From NCBI RefSeq assembly GCF_006345805.1, contig NC_043020.1, forward strand, positions 4,030,001 to 4,094,000: DNA of 64,000 nt. Reading direction: 5' to 3'. The notes below the pieces were generated by a model. The model saw nothing but the letters and a program-made list of their open reading frames with translations, did not search any database and had not been told where the DNA came from. The stretch is from Octopus sinensis. Lineage: Eukaryota. Made by a program: the position numbers and the translations under genes. Each line of letters starts with the position of its first letter. Within the stretch, counting starts at the first letter, position 1. Below are positions 1 through 40,071 of this stretch, piece by piece.

Positions 1-1205
1 AACCCTAAGGCCCTTTGATTCTAGACCTTGCTTCCACACCCTAAACTTCATTTCTAGTTCTATGACTCAGCTATTAGAAGAGCTCCCAGGGTCAGTCTGT
101 CTTGAATCCCTCTGTTATTGCCTGGAGGACTATGATGAATACGCAGGGGCTGAGGACTGATCCTTGGTGAACCCCCTACTTCTACCTGGAATTCTTCACT
201 ATACTTGTTGCACATCTTCACCTTACTGACAGCATCTCTGTACAGGGCTTGTACAGCTCTTACCAACCACTTGTCTATCCCTAATTTCTGCATTGACCAC
301 CAGACAAGGGATCAGGAGACTCTGTCAAAGGCTTTCTCCAAGTCAGCAAAAGCCAAATACAGAGGTTTATCTTTGGCTAGGTATTTCTCCTGCAGATGCT
401 TTCATTCTCCACATTCAGCAGTCTTTCAGAATGGCATCTCCAAGCCTCTTCCTCTGCAGAATCATTAAACGCAAAGGTACCATCATCCATGCAGACACAT
501 TTCTCTCCTATGATATCACAATTTTCTCTCACACACTGTCTTTCAATCAGAAATACTTCAGTTCTTTGGTCCCCACTTTGCTGAACATTAGCAAACTTCT
601 CTGCTACTCCTTTCACTATATGTTTCCTAGCTTCCCTTCTGGATTTCTGATACAGTCCCCTACTATCCCCACTCTTCCAAGACTGTTTCTTTGCTAATGG
701 CCCTATCTACAGTATTGTTTCACCACCATGTTACCCTAGGTCTGGAAGGGACTTTGCATCAGCCACAGATTTGGTCTGTGGTGCTCAGCAAGCTGTCTCG
801 CAGGAATTCCCAGCTGCCTTCTATGTCACAGGACTGTAGCTTCTCCTCCTTATCATCAAATTTCTCAGTAAAGATATCCCTAAATCTCTGACCTGTGAAG
901 GGTTCTTAAGCTTCCAAGTTCTTCTTTTCCAGATTGGTCTGCTTTTTGGCATCCTTCCGGCCTCGAGTCTAAAGTCACTAGTGGCTAGTCTATGCTGTGG
1001 GGTACATTCTTCACCAGGGAGGGTCTTTGTATTGAAGAGCAGCCATGCATCCCGCTGTCTGGTGAGAATAAAATCAATCTGGCTAGCAGAGTCACCTGAT
1101 CGATAAGTTGGTGTTGCAGATTAATAAGTTATTTGCATTGCAGAACTCCAGGAACTTAGTTCCCTCTTCATTTCGGGAACCAATTCTATGGCACCATGTA
1201 CACCA
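1..1205 (-). mobile_element. degenerate RTE-clade LINE fragment (APE end + RT)
   Basis: Broken peptides GSRNEEGTKFLEFCNANNLLICNT, AWRCHSERLLNVE, KLGIDKWLVRAVQALYRDAVSKV and a frameshifted GVHQGSVLSP-like motif; several stops. Confidence 0.75.
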
Positions 1206-1211
1206 TGGAAG

Positions 1212-1347
1212 ATACCAGGGCACGTAAAAAGCACCCAGCAGTAGAAACCTTGCCAAATCAGATTGGAGCCTGGTGCACCCCACTGGCTTGCCAGTTCTCA
1301 GTCAAACCGTCCAACCCATGCCAGCATGGAAAGTGGTCGTTAAATGA
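1212..1347 (+). mobile_element. SINE-like family A, partial copy
   Basis: GCACGTAAAAAGCACC...AACCCATGCCAGCATGGAAA...GTTAAATGA; shared with many copies in the window. Confidence 0.75.
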
Positions 1348-1355
1348 CAACAATG

Positions 1356-1388
<33 letters not shown>

Positions 1389-2250
1389 CGTTCTACTATT
1401 TTTAAAGAAATCTCAAGAATCACTTAAAAAACTTAATAAACTTCAAAAACCCTGAAAGAATTTTTTCTAAGACAACTCAAAAAACCTCAAAAAATTTCAA
1501 AAATTTTATCCATGTTATTCTTGAAAAGTTTCAGAGTTTGGGGTTTTAAAGCTTTAAAAGTTTCAAAGTTAGAAAAGTTTAAAAATTTGAAAATTTCAAA
1601 AGTTCATGGAGAGACAGACAGACAAATAGATAGATAGATATGTATGTATAGATAGATAGATAGATAGATAGAACCTACAAGTTGCGTGTAATCTGTAGAT
1701 AGCCTCGTTGATAGAATTTTCTAGAAAAAATTTCCCCCTGTCTTGGTAACTCCTTTTAATTTATTCAATCAGTGTATTTCCTCCTCCTCCTCCTCCTTGA
1801 CTTTCCTTATCTCCTCCCCTTCTAACGGTGTCTCTGCCCTGTTGTCTAAGAAAAGGATCTCAAGATGTGTGGTGACAATAAGGGAGATAACTCAGAAGTC
1901 TTTTTCCTCCCCTTCCTCTTCTTGCTGCCATTACCCCTCTCTATTATACGCATTGTCCCTCCTACCACGGCGCTATCCTATATAAACCGGTGAAGAGCGC
2001 CATGTCAGGAAACGTCTGAACACCGCCGCATCCTGCAACACTTCACAGAATCGCAGATTTATTATTTGTCATAGTTGTTTTATCAGTTAGGTGGGGGTAG
2101 ATCCCCTAATTAACTCCAGACGCTTATTACTTGTATTAACAGAGATGCAAATGCATGTCTCTAGGTTCATAGAAACACATTTTGTTTTTCCTTCCGGTTT
2201 AAGAGATTAACGAAGGACGGCGACTGTTGTCCCTTTGAAACGGAGATGAG

Positions 2251-2340
2251 CAGAACCTAGACCCTCACATCAGAACCTAGACTCTCACATCAGAACCTAG
2301 ACCCTCACAGCAGAACCTAAGACCCTCACATCAGAATATA
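2251..2340. repeat. 20-bp tandem repeat x~4.5 (CAGAACCTAGACCCTCACAT)
   Basis: Read directly. Confidence 0.9.
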
Positions 2341-2765
2341 AGACACTCACATCTTACCGATAGACTTACCCATTGGTGAAACCATATTTAACCCGACGGC
2401 ACTTTTAATATCGATCAATATAGACCTATTGATATATAGGTAGATAGATATACACATACAGATATATAAGCATACATATATATATATATATATGTGTGTG
2501 TATATATATATATATAAACATATATATATACAAACATCTGTGTGTATATAACTGCCGTTTGGATTCCAACACATTGTATACAACCCTTTTTTTTATGTCT
2601 ACCAAGAGGACCTAGAGATATATTTTAAACATCATTAGTGTATAATAACAATTTTCAAACTTCTAAAACACCACCTGTAATAATATATACAACACCATAT
2701 ACATACATGTGAATATTTATTTCTACACACATATATAACATACAAAATAGTGTAAAGACCTCAAA

Positions 2766-30844
<28,079 letters not shown>

Positions 30845-32514
30845 CAAGCTTGTTGTCCCCAAACTGTCAACATGAACTTTCTTTTTTAATGTATATAAAT
30901 CTATAAAAATGCATTTATAACTGTTGGTGTATATTGTTTATTGAATGTTTTGCCTTATAATTGGTTACTAACTCTAAGGCCAGATTCTGGTCAGGGTTTT
31001 CAGTTACCCAGATTTAAACTTTTTATTGTTTTGGATGAATTGAAACTGATGGAAAGCAATTGGTGTCTGATTTGAGTTCTCCATTATATAGTTCAGTTCT
31101 GTTCTTAAATTAGTGTTTATAATATTTATTATTTACCAAATTACTAGTTGTGTGGTACTACAATAGTAGGAGACATCAGAGCTAAATAACACATTGTGTC
31201 GGGGAGAATGAAACGGCAGAGAGTCTGGAACAGCCGGCCTTTTCTAGCAGGATGTCAATTAATTTGTTCACTCAGCAAACAAGAGTCCTCTGGATTGCTC
31301 TTTTGCACTTCTCCATCACAAATTGTTGTTGGCATTTGATGTCACCAGTATCACCCAGTTTAATTTTACTGCTTTAAACCCCTTCATCCTATGTTACTAT
31401 TTAAACCAGCCATATCTAGTCCAAATATTTTATCTTCGTAACTGAATGGATCTGGCTTCTCACACCTGCTCTACAATGTCATTCTAAAGATAGACCTCGA
31501 TAGAGTAATCTGAATGCTAAAGGATTAAACATCTAATCCACCTTAATCCTATGGTACTGTTTTAAACACCAAACCTACCTTAATGCTTTAAAGATCCACT
31601 TCAATCCATATTGACCAACGATTTCAATTATCTTAGCATCTAGAAGTTAGGGGAAGAAATTATCAATTCTTCTCTGATCACCTCCAGTTTTCTGATAAAA
31701 TATTTGGACTTTCTGCTGGTTTGAGATGATGTTGCATTGATTATTATTAGTTTTATTATATTTTGTAATGTTTTTCTAAATATCGGTTGTTTGTTGGTGG
31801 ACAAACACCAAATTCTGTGATGAATACAATTAAGATTCGTTTCATCTGATGTCTCTAAAGTGGATCATATGTATCTGTATGTTGCAGCAGCCCCTTTCTG
31901 TGGAGCAGCTGATCTTCATCATTTAATGTCCTCCTTCCAGACCAGCATGGATCAGATGCATTGATAGGAAGTTGTGAGTCAGAAGACTACACCAAACTCT
32001 GCCGTCTTCTATGGTTGGATGCTCTCTCTCTCTCTCTCTCCTGATCCCCACTGGACATTCTTCCTGAGTTTGTTGAGGTTCAAAGTTGATTTTGTTGATT
32101 TGCCTTGAGGTCGTCTTGCCTTTCATTTTAAGGATATTGGCTATCAATAGTCAGTGACCAGTCCAGCTACCAACACCACACAAACTTGACAACACTCGTC
32201 TTGTCAATCAAGTGTCAGTGTGTAGAGCATGGTTCCTAAAAGCAGGTTGGAAGTAGTTTTGGTCAGGAATCACTGGTTCATAGTGAAAAAAGTTCACCAA
32301 TGGAATTGGTTACCGATTCAATTAGTTCCTTATACACTCTGCCATATTCCGTGATCAGTTTCAACTCTTGCATTGAAGTCACCCAAGTGTATGAGTTACA
32401 GCTTTATGTCCAATGCATGGAAACAGATGCAGGGTGCGTAAGGTGTTTGAGGACAGAGCTTTTTGGGGGGTCATTGCTGCATTTTTTGCTAACTGTATAA
32501 TCTTTGTTTAAGAA

Positions 32515-34030
32515 AATGATTATGGCAGACCATCAGCTTACTCAAGAAATGCTGTTATTGTGGTTATAAAGGCTGATATTTAGAAATATCTCTATTTTTA
32601 AAAGTTGTCAAATCTTTTGTCTACAAAGTTTGTAAGGAGCTAGAGACTGAAGATGGAAGTGTATCCCTAATATCAAAGCATTTAAAAAAATTCTGAAATC
32701 ATCAGAACACCTGAATTTATCCAGCAAGTTCAACAGACCATTGGTTACAATCCCAGAAAGTCCATGAGGTCAATTGCAAAAGATCTCCAAGTGTCAGAAG
32801 GAACAGTCAGAAATGTTGTCCACAAAGACATCAGATACAAGTCTTATATGATGAGGAAAGGTCAATTTGTCAGAAAAAGCAAAAGAAAATCACATCAGAT
32901 CTAAAAGTCTCTTAACCCTTTCGTTACCAAACCGCCCGAAAAAAATTTTGGTTAATGAGACCAAACCGCCCAAAGCCGCCCGAATTTACCTATTCATATT
33001 TAATTGAGAATATCAGAGCAAATCTCTTTAGTACATTCGTGAAAACACGTATTATACTTCGTAAACAGTTCAACTACAGTTTTGTACAAAAATCGAAGTG
33101 TAATTTTAATTCCGTGAATTTTGGGAGATTTTTTTTCGGAAATTTGTTCCTATTGTGTTTTCAAAATTTGTAATTCTGACAAAAAATGGATACGAATTTC
33201 ATTATATCAAGCAGCGAGTCGGAATTCGAAGGATTTTCTACTGAAGACCTTCATAAATCTAACTCTATGACTGAAAAAAAAAAAAAGCATGTGGTATTTG
33301 ATAATGAATCTGATGTTTCATTTTCTGAAAGTGAAAACAGTGAATCCGAGATCTTCGACAGCGATAAAGAAAATGAATTGGCACCTGAATGGAGTGAAAA
33401 TTTAAAACTGTTTCTTTCGGTGATTTTTCTGAAGAAACTGGACCAAGCCACAGACTTTCCCAGAAGAGTAAAGCCTTAAACTATTTCTTTTTATTTTTTC
33501 GAATGAGCCTATTTGAAATCATTACAGCGAAAACGAACCGTTACGCTAAATGTAAACAAAACGATACTTTGTGGTTTCCCATAACCTTAAATGAAATTAA
33601 GACTATTTTGCCATAAATATTATTATGGGTATCAGAAAGTTACCCAGAATAACAAATTCTATCGTAAAATTTTGTTGTATACCCAATTGAATATTAGCTA
33701 ATAACCCATTTTCTATAGCGATGTTTGAACAAAATTTTAATAATTTTATATTTTGTTGAATTTACCTGTATCTACCTGCAATTAGTCACTTTGTGACAAA
33801 AATTATAGTATAGAATTGGTTGAGAATATTTCATTAAATTATCTTCCAAAAATCAGATTAATGTATCGATAAATAAAAAAGTTATAGTTGTTTAATGAAA
33901 CCAGACTAAATTTATGATTACGTTAGAAATTAATTGAAATTAATTGAAACACATAAGGGGTGTAATTTGGTCAGAAATATAGTAACGAAAGGGTTAAACT
34001 GAAAAATCCAGCAGCAGATTTGAGAAGAGA
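32515..34030 (+). mobile_element. Tc1/mariner (maT/DD37D-like) transposase 5' relic, interrupted by piggyBac
   Basis: IIRTPEFIQQVQQTIGYNPRKSMRSIAKDLQVSEGTVRNVVHKDIRYKSY; host sequence CATCAGATCTAAAAGTCTC-TTAA-ACTGAAAAATCCAGC rejoins across the insertion and matches the uninterrupted reverse copy at ~35290-35345. Confidence 0.75.
32916..33993 (+). mobile_element. internally deleted piggyBac (PGBD4-like), 1078 bp
   Basis: TTAA TSD at 32912-32915 and 33994-33997; 12-bp TIR CCCTTTCGTTAC; acidic N-terminal ORF from 33186, then frameshifted GP...LNYFFLFF...LFEIITAKTNRYA...WFPITLNEIK...MGIRKLP; no catalytic core. Confidence 0.88.
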
Positions 34031-34849
34031 GAGAATAAAAAAAGCTTTAGTGGCTAGCAATCATATATCTATATATATATATATATATACACACACATAC
34101 ATAAGCTTAATCGTGACTGTAGCAGTATTGGTAGCAAATTGCAATCTCTATCTCCAACATAACATGGAGGTTGTGTACCAGAAAACTGCGTTATCTTGAG
34201 AAAATCCTTCATGTAGATTTGTTGTGCACAAACAATATAAATAGTTCTTTTATACACAAGTCCACATGGTAGCCCCTTTCAAAATAGACAGCACAGTATT
34301 TCAGTGTTCTAACATAGCATCCACATTATGATGGAGATTAACATGTTTTTTTTAAAAATAAACTGAACTCCTTAAACACAGCCTTTCCTCTCTAATGGAG
34401 CTTGCTTGTTGATGAATTTCAATGGTCCCTAAACCTAGTTTTGTTTCCCCTTCCTCCATTCTACAGTGGCCAAAGCTGGTAAATTCTTCACTTTTTTTCC
34501 CTACAACAAAAGATTACAAACCACAGGTAAATGTACCTGAAGAAAAGCTAAGTTGAATATATGTATATATATTCTTTAATACACACAATGCATGTTTTTA
34601 TGTGTTACTAATAGTTTCTTATGTTGAGAACATACCAAATAATGAATTATAACATGTAGCGTCCCAACACAGCAACAGGCACAGACCATTATTTGACATA
34701 TTCTCAACATAAGAAACTATTAGCAGTGCATAAAGACACGTGTCTATTGATTAATATTTACCTCTTCACAAGATGGAGTGCTTCTTTTGTTGATCTTACC
34801 ATCACGGAACAGTACTCATTATTCATTTATATATATATATATCATAGGC

Positions 34850-35003
34850 ACAGGAGTAGCTGTGTGGTAAGTAGCTTGCATACCAACCACATGGTTCTGG
34901 TTTCAGCGAATGCATGGCACCTTGGGCAAGTGTCTTCTATAGCCTCGGACTAACCAAAGCCTTGTGGGTGGATTTGGTAGACGGAAACTGAAAGAAGCCC
35001 GTT
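34850..35003 (+). mobile_element. tRNA-headed SINE (family D), partial
   Basis: GCTGTGTGGTAAGTAGCTTGC...GGCACCTTGGGCAAGTGTCTTCTATAGCCTCGG...GGTAGACGGAAACTGAAAGAAGCC; related pieces at ~3845, ~12290, ~55080. Confidence 0.65.
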
Positions 35004-35004
35004 G

Positions 35005-35345
35005 TTGAAACATATATGGCCTTCCATTGCATACACTGTCTATCCAGAACTTAACAATTATTTCCAGGACCTCAATGTAGTCAGCAAAGTTAACTCTAAG
35101 GCCTTGTGGAAAGAAGTAAGGAGGCATCACATGTCCTTCATTGCTGACAACCCCTAAAACTATGAAGGTTGCAGGAATTTTCATTTACATAACACTTGGA
35201 ACTTCAGAAAAGTCTTCACATAATAATCTGTCATTTCTTCTGTTAACTTTTCTGATCTTGGTCGAAGTTTTCCTTGTTTGAGAAAAACCAAATCAAATCT
35301 TCTGCTGGACTTTTCAGTTTAAGAGACTTATAGATCTGATGTGAT
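35005..35345 (-). mobile_element. maT/DD37D-like transposase relic (second copy)
   Basis: KIPATFIVLGVVSNEGHVMPPYFFPQGLRVNFADYIEVLEIIVKFWIDSVCNGRPYMFQQ. Confidence 0.75.
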
Positions 35346-35433
35346 TTTCTTTCTCACCTTCCTGAGCGTCAAACTAATACACCTGCTTGTTGTTTAAACA
35401 CCTGTCTTCGTCTTTTATTTTGTAAATTTTGGC

Positions 35434-37372
35434 TATATATTTACATATATGTATGTATATATATATATATATATGTATGTATATATGTGTATATATATAT
35501 GTGTATGTATATATATATGTGTATATGTGTATGTATATATATATGTGTGTGTGTATGTATATATATATGTGTGTGTATATATATATGTGTGTGTATGTAT
35601 ATATATGTGTGTATGTATATATATGTGTGTGTATGTATATGTGTGTGTATGTATATGTGTGTATATATATATGTGTGTATATATATATGTGTGTATATAT
35701 ATATGTGTGTATGTATATATGTGTGTATGTATATATATGTGTATGTATATATATATGTATATGTATATGTATGTATGTATATGTATGTATGTATATGTAT
35801 GTATATATATATGTGTGTATGTATATATATATGTGTATGTATATATATATGTGTATGTATATATATGTGTATGTATATATATGTGTATGTGTATATATAT
35901 GTGTATGTGTATATATATGTGTATGTATATATATATATGTGTATGTGTATATATATGTGTATGTATATATATATATATGTGTATGTATATATATATATAT
36001 GTGTATATATATCTATATATATATGTATATATGTGTATATATATCTATATATATATGTATATATGTGTATATATATCTATATATATATGTATATATGTGT
36101 ATATATATCTATATATATATGTGTTTGTATATATATGTGTATATATATCTATATATATATGTGTTTGTATATATATCTATATATATATGTATGTATATAT
36201 ATCTATATATATATGTATGTATATATATCTATATATATATGTATGTATATATATCTATATATATGTGTATGTATATATATCTATATATATGTGTATGTAT
36301 ATGTATGTATATATATATATATATATCTATATATATGTGTATGTATATGTATGTATATATATCTATATATATATGTGTATGTATATGTATGTATATATAT
36401 CTATATATATATGTGTATGTATATATATATATGTGTGTGTATGTATATATATATATGTGTGTGTATGTATATATATCTATATATATATGTGTGTATGTGT
36501 ATATATGTGTGTATGTATATGTATGTATATATATCTATATTATATATGTGTATGTATGTATATGTGTATGTATGTATATATGTATGTGTATGTATATATG
36601 TATGTATATGTATGTATGTATATATGTATGTATATGTATGTATATATATATGTATGTATATATATATGTATGTATATGTGTATGTATATATATGTGTATG
36701 TATATATATGTGTATGTATATATATGTGTATGTATATATATGTGTATGTGTATGTGTATATATATGTGTATGTATATATATATGTGTATATATATGTGTA
36801 TGTGTATATATATGTGTATAATATGTGTATGTATATATGTGTATGTATATATATGTGTATATATATCTATATATGTGTATATGTATATATATATGTGTGT
36901 ATATATATGTATATATATATGTATATATATATGTGTATATATATATGTGTATATATATATGTGTATATATATATGTGTATATATATGTGTATGTATATAT
37001 ATATATGTGTATATGTATGTGTATATATATGTGTATGTGTATATATATGTGTATGTATATATATATGTGTATATATGTGTATGTGTATGTATATATATAT
37101 GTTTGTATATATGTGTATGTATATATATATGTGTGTATATATATATGTGTATGTGTATGTATATATATATGTGTATATATATGTGTATGTATATATATAT
37201 GTGTGTATATATGTGTATGTATATATATATATGTGTATGTATATGTGTATGTATATATGTATATGTGTGTATATATGTGTATATGTATGTATATATATCT
37301 ATATATGTGTATGTATATATATGTGTATATATGTATGTGTATATGTGTGTGATATAGAGAGATATATATATT
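35434..37372. repeat. ~1.9-kb compound (TA/TG, locally TC) microsatellite
   Basis: Read directly; central domain ~36005-36540 enriched in ATATCTAT. Confidence 0.97.
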
Positions 37373-38850
37373 ATATAAAATCCGTTCTGTCTGTGTGTGT
37401 GTGTCTTCTAGGATCTTGGGCATCCTCCATCTGATTGCGCTCAAATTTGATATGTAGATATCGACGGTATCAGGGCGTCTATAAGTCTGAAAAAAATTTC
37501 AAGAATCGATTCCAGGTGAGAATGCGATCGATAAAGCCGTGGGAACATGCATTTGTATGTGCAAGTTCATCAGCTGTTTTGATGTACTTACTGATACTTT
37601 AAATTCTTTGGTTGCATATTTGTGTAAATATCGTTTTTCTTTGGAATAGAAATAAAATCTATCTTTATTTCTTCTTCTGGTGTCTCAAATTTTGGTTAAA
37701 TCAGTGTTTCTCAAAGGGGAAGCCTATGGGACGGTTGGAAATGTTGTTTTGAGAATTTGGTTTAAATATTTGACAACTCAGCACCATCCATTGGACAGGG
37801 GGTGCGTTTTGCTTGTGTATATATGTATATATATATAGAGAGAGAGAGAGATGTATACACAACAACACTTAATTTTGTCCGTTAACCTATTTTCCCATAT
37901 TTTAAGTTTTTACTTCAGACTTGTTTAGATATTCATTTGAGGGAAATTGTTTTAATCACTAGTTTTTGCTAAATTAACACCAAAACTAATTACTAATTAA
38001 TTAGCAAAAACATCAACTTTAGTTAATTATTTTCTAACATCTCAGGAAATTCTTGAACTTTTTCAACAGTGAAATTCATTGAGTTTGAATTCATTTGGTC
38101 TTGGGTAGTCAAAAGAGGACACAATACTTGACAAGAGGAGCTTCAATGTGGTCGCTGAGTCTGCTAGAAATGGCAGTCAGACTACATCAATACTTGACAA
38201 CTGAAAATGAAAGCTCTGTGGTCAACAGTCAAACCCTGCCTTAAATTTTCACACTTTTCTCTTCAAAAATATGCAGGATCCTGTTGGGTGAACTTATGAA
38301 AACAAATGGGGTGGCCACAGATGGAAGTTCTACTGTACTCGGTCGGGTTAACTTGGAACTAAACACCAACAGCAGTTATTAAGCGATTCTTTATTTATAA
38401 CAATTTCATAAACCAAATCAGTGACTTTGACAATTAAAACAGACAATGAAAGAATTAACGAGATTCTTTGAATGCTAAAACAGATATGTTGATGCGTCTT
38501 TTATGAGAAGGGAGTGGGTCCTTCCAGGGGAGGAATTCAGATTAGACAAAGCTGTTGTTTTGGAGGAGCAATGAAGGTGGTGGTGGTGGAGTATTTTGCC
38601 AGTTAAATCTATGATGATGTTAATTCTAGGATCAGACAACAATAGGCACATCATGTTAGGGTACTATTCTATTATATCCTTCAAAATTGATAACATTCTA
38701 CTCCATGGTGTGGTAGTACCAGTAAAATACCAGGGTTGACAACCCCCCTCCCTCCCACTAGTCAAAGCCTTGTGTCTAAATTAGAAATATTTTCATATAC
38801 ACACAACAGATTAAACAATTGGAAAAGAAAATAATCCTAACATTGTGCTG

Positions 38851-39210
38851 CAGCAAGTAACCTCAGATGCCAAGAACCCTCCTCTAGGGTTCAGGAAGTA
38901 ACCTCAGATGCCAAGAACCCTCCTCTAGGGTTCAGCAAGTAACCTCAGATGCCAAGAACCCTCCTCTAGGGTTCAGCAAGTAACCTCAGATGCCAAGAAC
39001 CCTCCTAAGTATCCCAGCTGTCCCCAATAACACTGTTTTTTGCAGTTATACTAAACTGGGTTTCATGCCTGTTTCCTTTATCCATCTGTTCACATCTTCA
39101 GGGATTGTTCCCAATGCACCTATAACTACTGGGATACATTCTACCTGCACTTCCCATAGTCTCTCTAATTCAATAGCTGGGTATTGGTACTTTACTGTTT
39201 TTTCTATATT
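38851..39210 (-). mobile_element. 3' end of an RLE-type (R4/Dong/NeSL-like) non-LTR retrotransposon with a 41-bp tandem at the ORF end
   Basis: Minus translation EKTVKYQYPAIELERLWEVQVECIPVVIGALGTIPE...LQKTVLLGTAGILRRVLGI*, the typical RLE C-terminus; 41-bp unit x~3.8 at 38851-39006. Confidence 0.72.
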
Positions 39211-39975
39211 ACTATTACTATTATTATTATTATTTATTATTTGCTAGTTTCTGCTGCTCCCTCCATCTTCCTCAGCTGTTTTATTATTTTTATGGGGACT
39301 TCTTTTCGTTTTCTGCATCAGCTTGTTTTTTGTTATGGAGTTTAGTTTCTTGTTATGTTAATGCCTCTTCTGTTGTGTTATTGCATTGGGCTTTCATCCT
39401 GTAAAATATCTGTTGCATGAGTTTGAGCTGTTTTAGATTATTCAATGTGTGTTGTGCGTGAGAACCGTTCTATTTGACCTCCTCGGTGTCGGCTTTTCCC
39501 AGCAGAGTTGTTTTAGAGGCGTTGTGAATCCTGGTGTGGCAGCAATGTTTCTTTATCATTCTTTTCATACTTTTTTTAATAACTTCAATTATTTGTAGAT
39601 TACTATTTTTATTATTATTATTATATTATTATCATTATTATTATTATCATTAGTAAGTGTAGTGGTTAGCAGAGTTGCAGGACAAAATGTTTCTGTGATA
39701 TTTAGTTCCATTTTTCTTTGGTCCAATGTTCTGAGCTGGAATTTCACCAGATGAGATTCTGATCTCTATTCATTTACGGTTAATAAAGATAAGTCACCAT
39801 ACCAGTGATAGTGTGAGGGTTGGCTGAATTAACTAATTCCTTTCCTACCCTTTCTCTTTGGCTTGGTATCACAGAAAGAAATGTTCATATTTATTTGAGC
39901 TGATTTGAAGAGCTTTGCCTGATCAGAGAATGGCAGGGGTGGGGCTGATACACGTATCTGGATCTTTGGAATGTA

Positions 39976-40071
39976 TCAAGGTTTCATAAACAAAGTAGCA
40001 ATGAGTGAAATGGTGAATGCTAGACATATTACTGTGTGGACCAACAACATTATGGTCTTCACCTTTTCCTC
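39976..40071 (-). CDS. FRRS1: FRRS1-like terminal TM exon (EEKVKTIMLLVHTVICLAFTISLIATLFMKP*)
   Basis: gtttcag acceptor; hydrophobic helix; TGA 39978-39976. Confidence 0.8.
   Translation of the reverse strand, partial: EEKVKTIMLLVHTVICLAFTISLIATLFMKP

Noticed and set aside
1400-1600. Mirror-composition A/T-run region resembling a degenerate foldback
   Set aside because: Low complexity; no alignable arms beyond chance.
1985-2025. CCGGTGAAGAG...GAAACGTC hammerhead-like string after a TATA-like motif
   Set aside because: Core has two mismatches and neither stem I nor stem II pairs.
35429-37444. ORFs of 175-661 aa rich in Y/I/C/V/M/H/T
   Set aside because: Artefacts of (RY)n microsatellite: stop codons need two adjacent purines, which strict alternation avoids.
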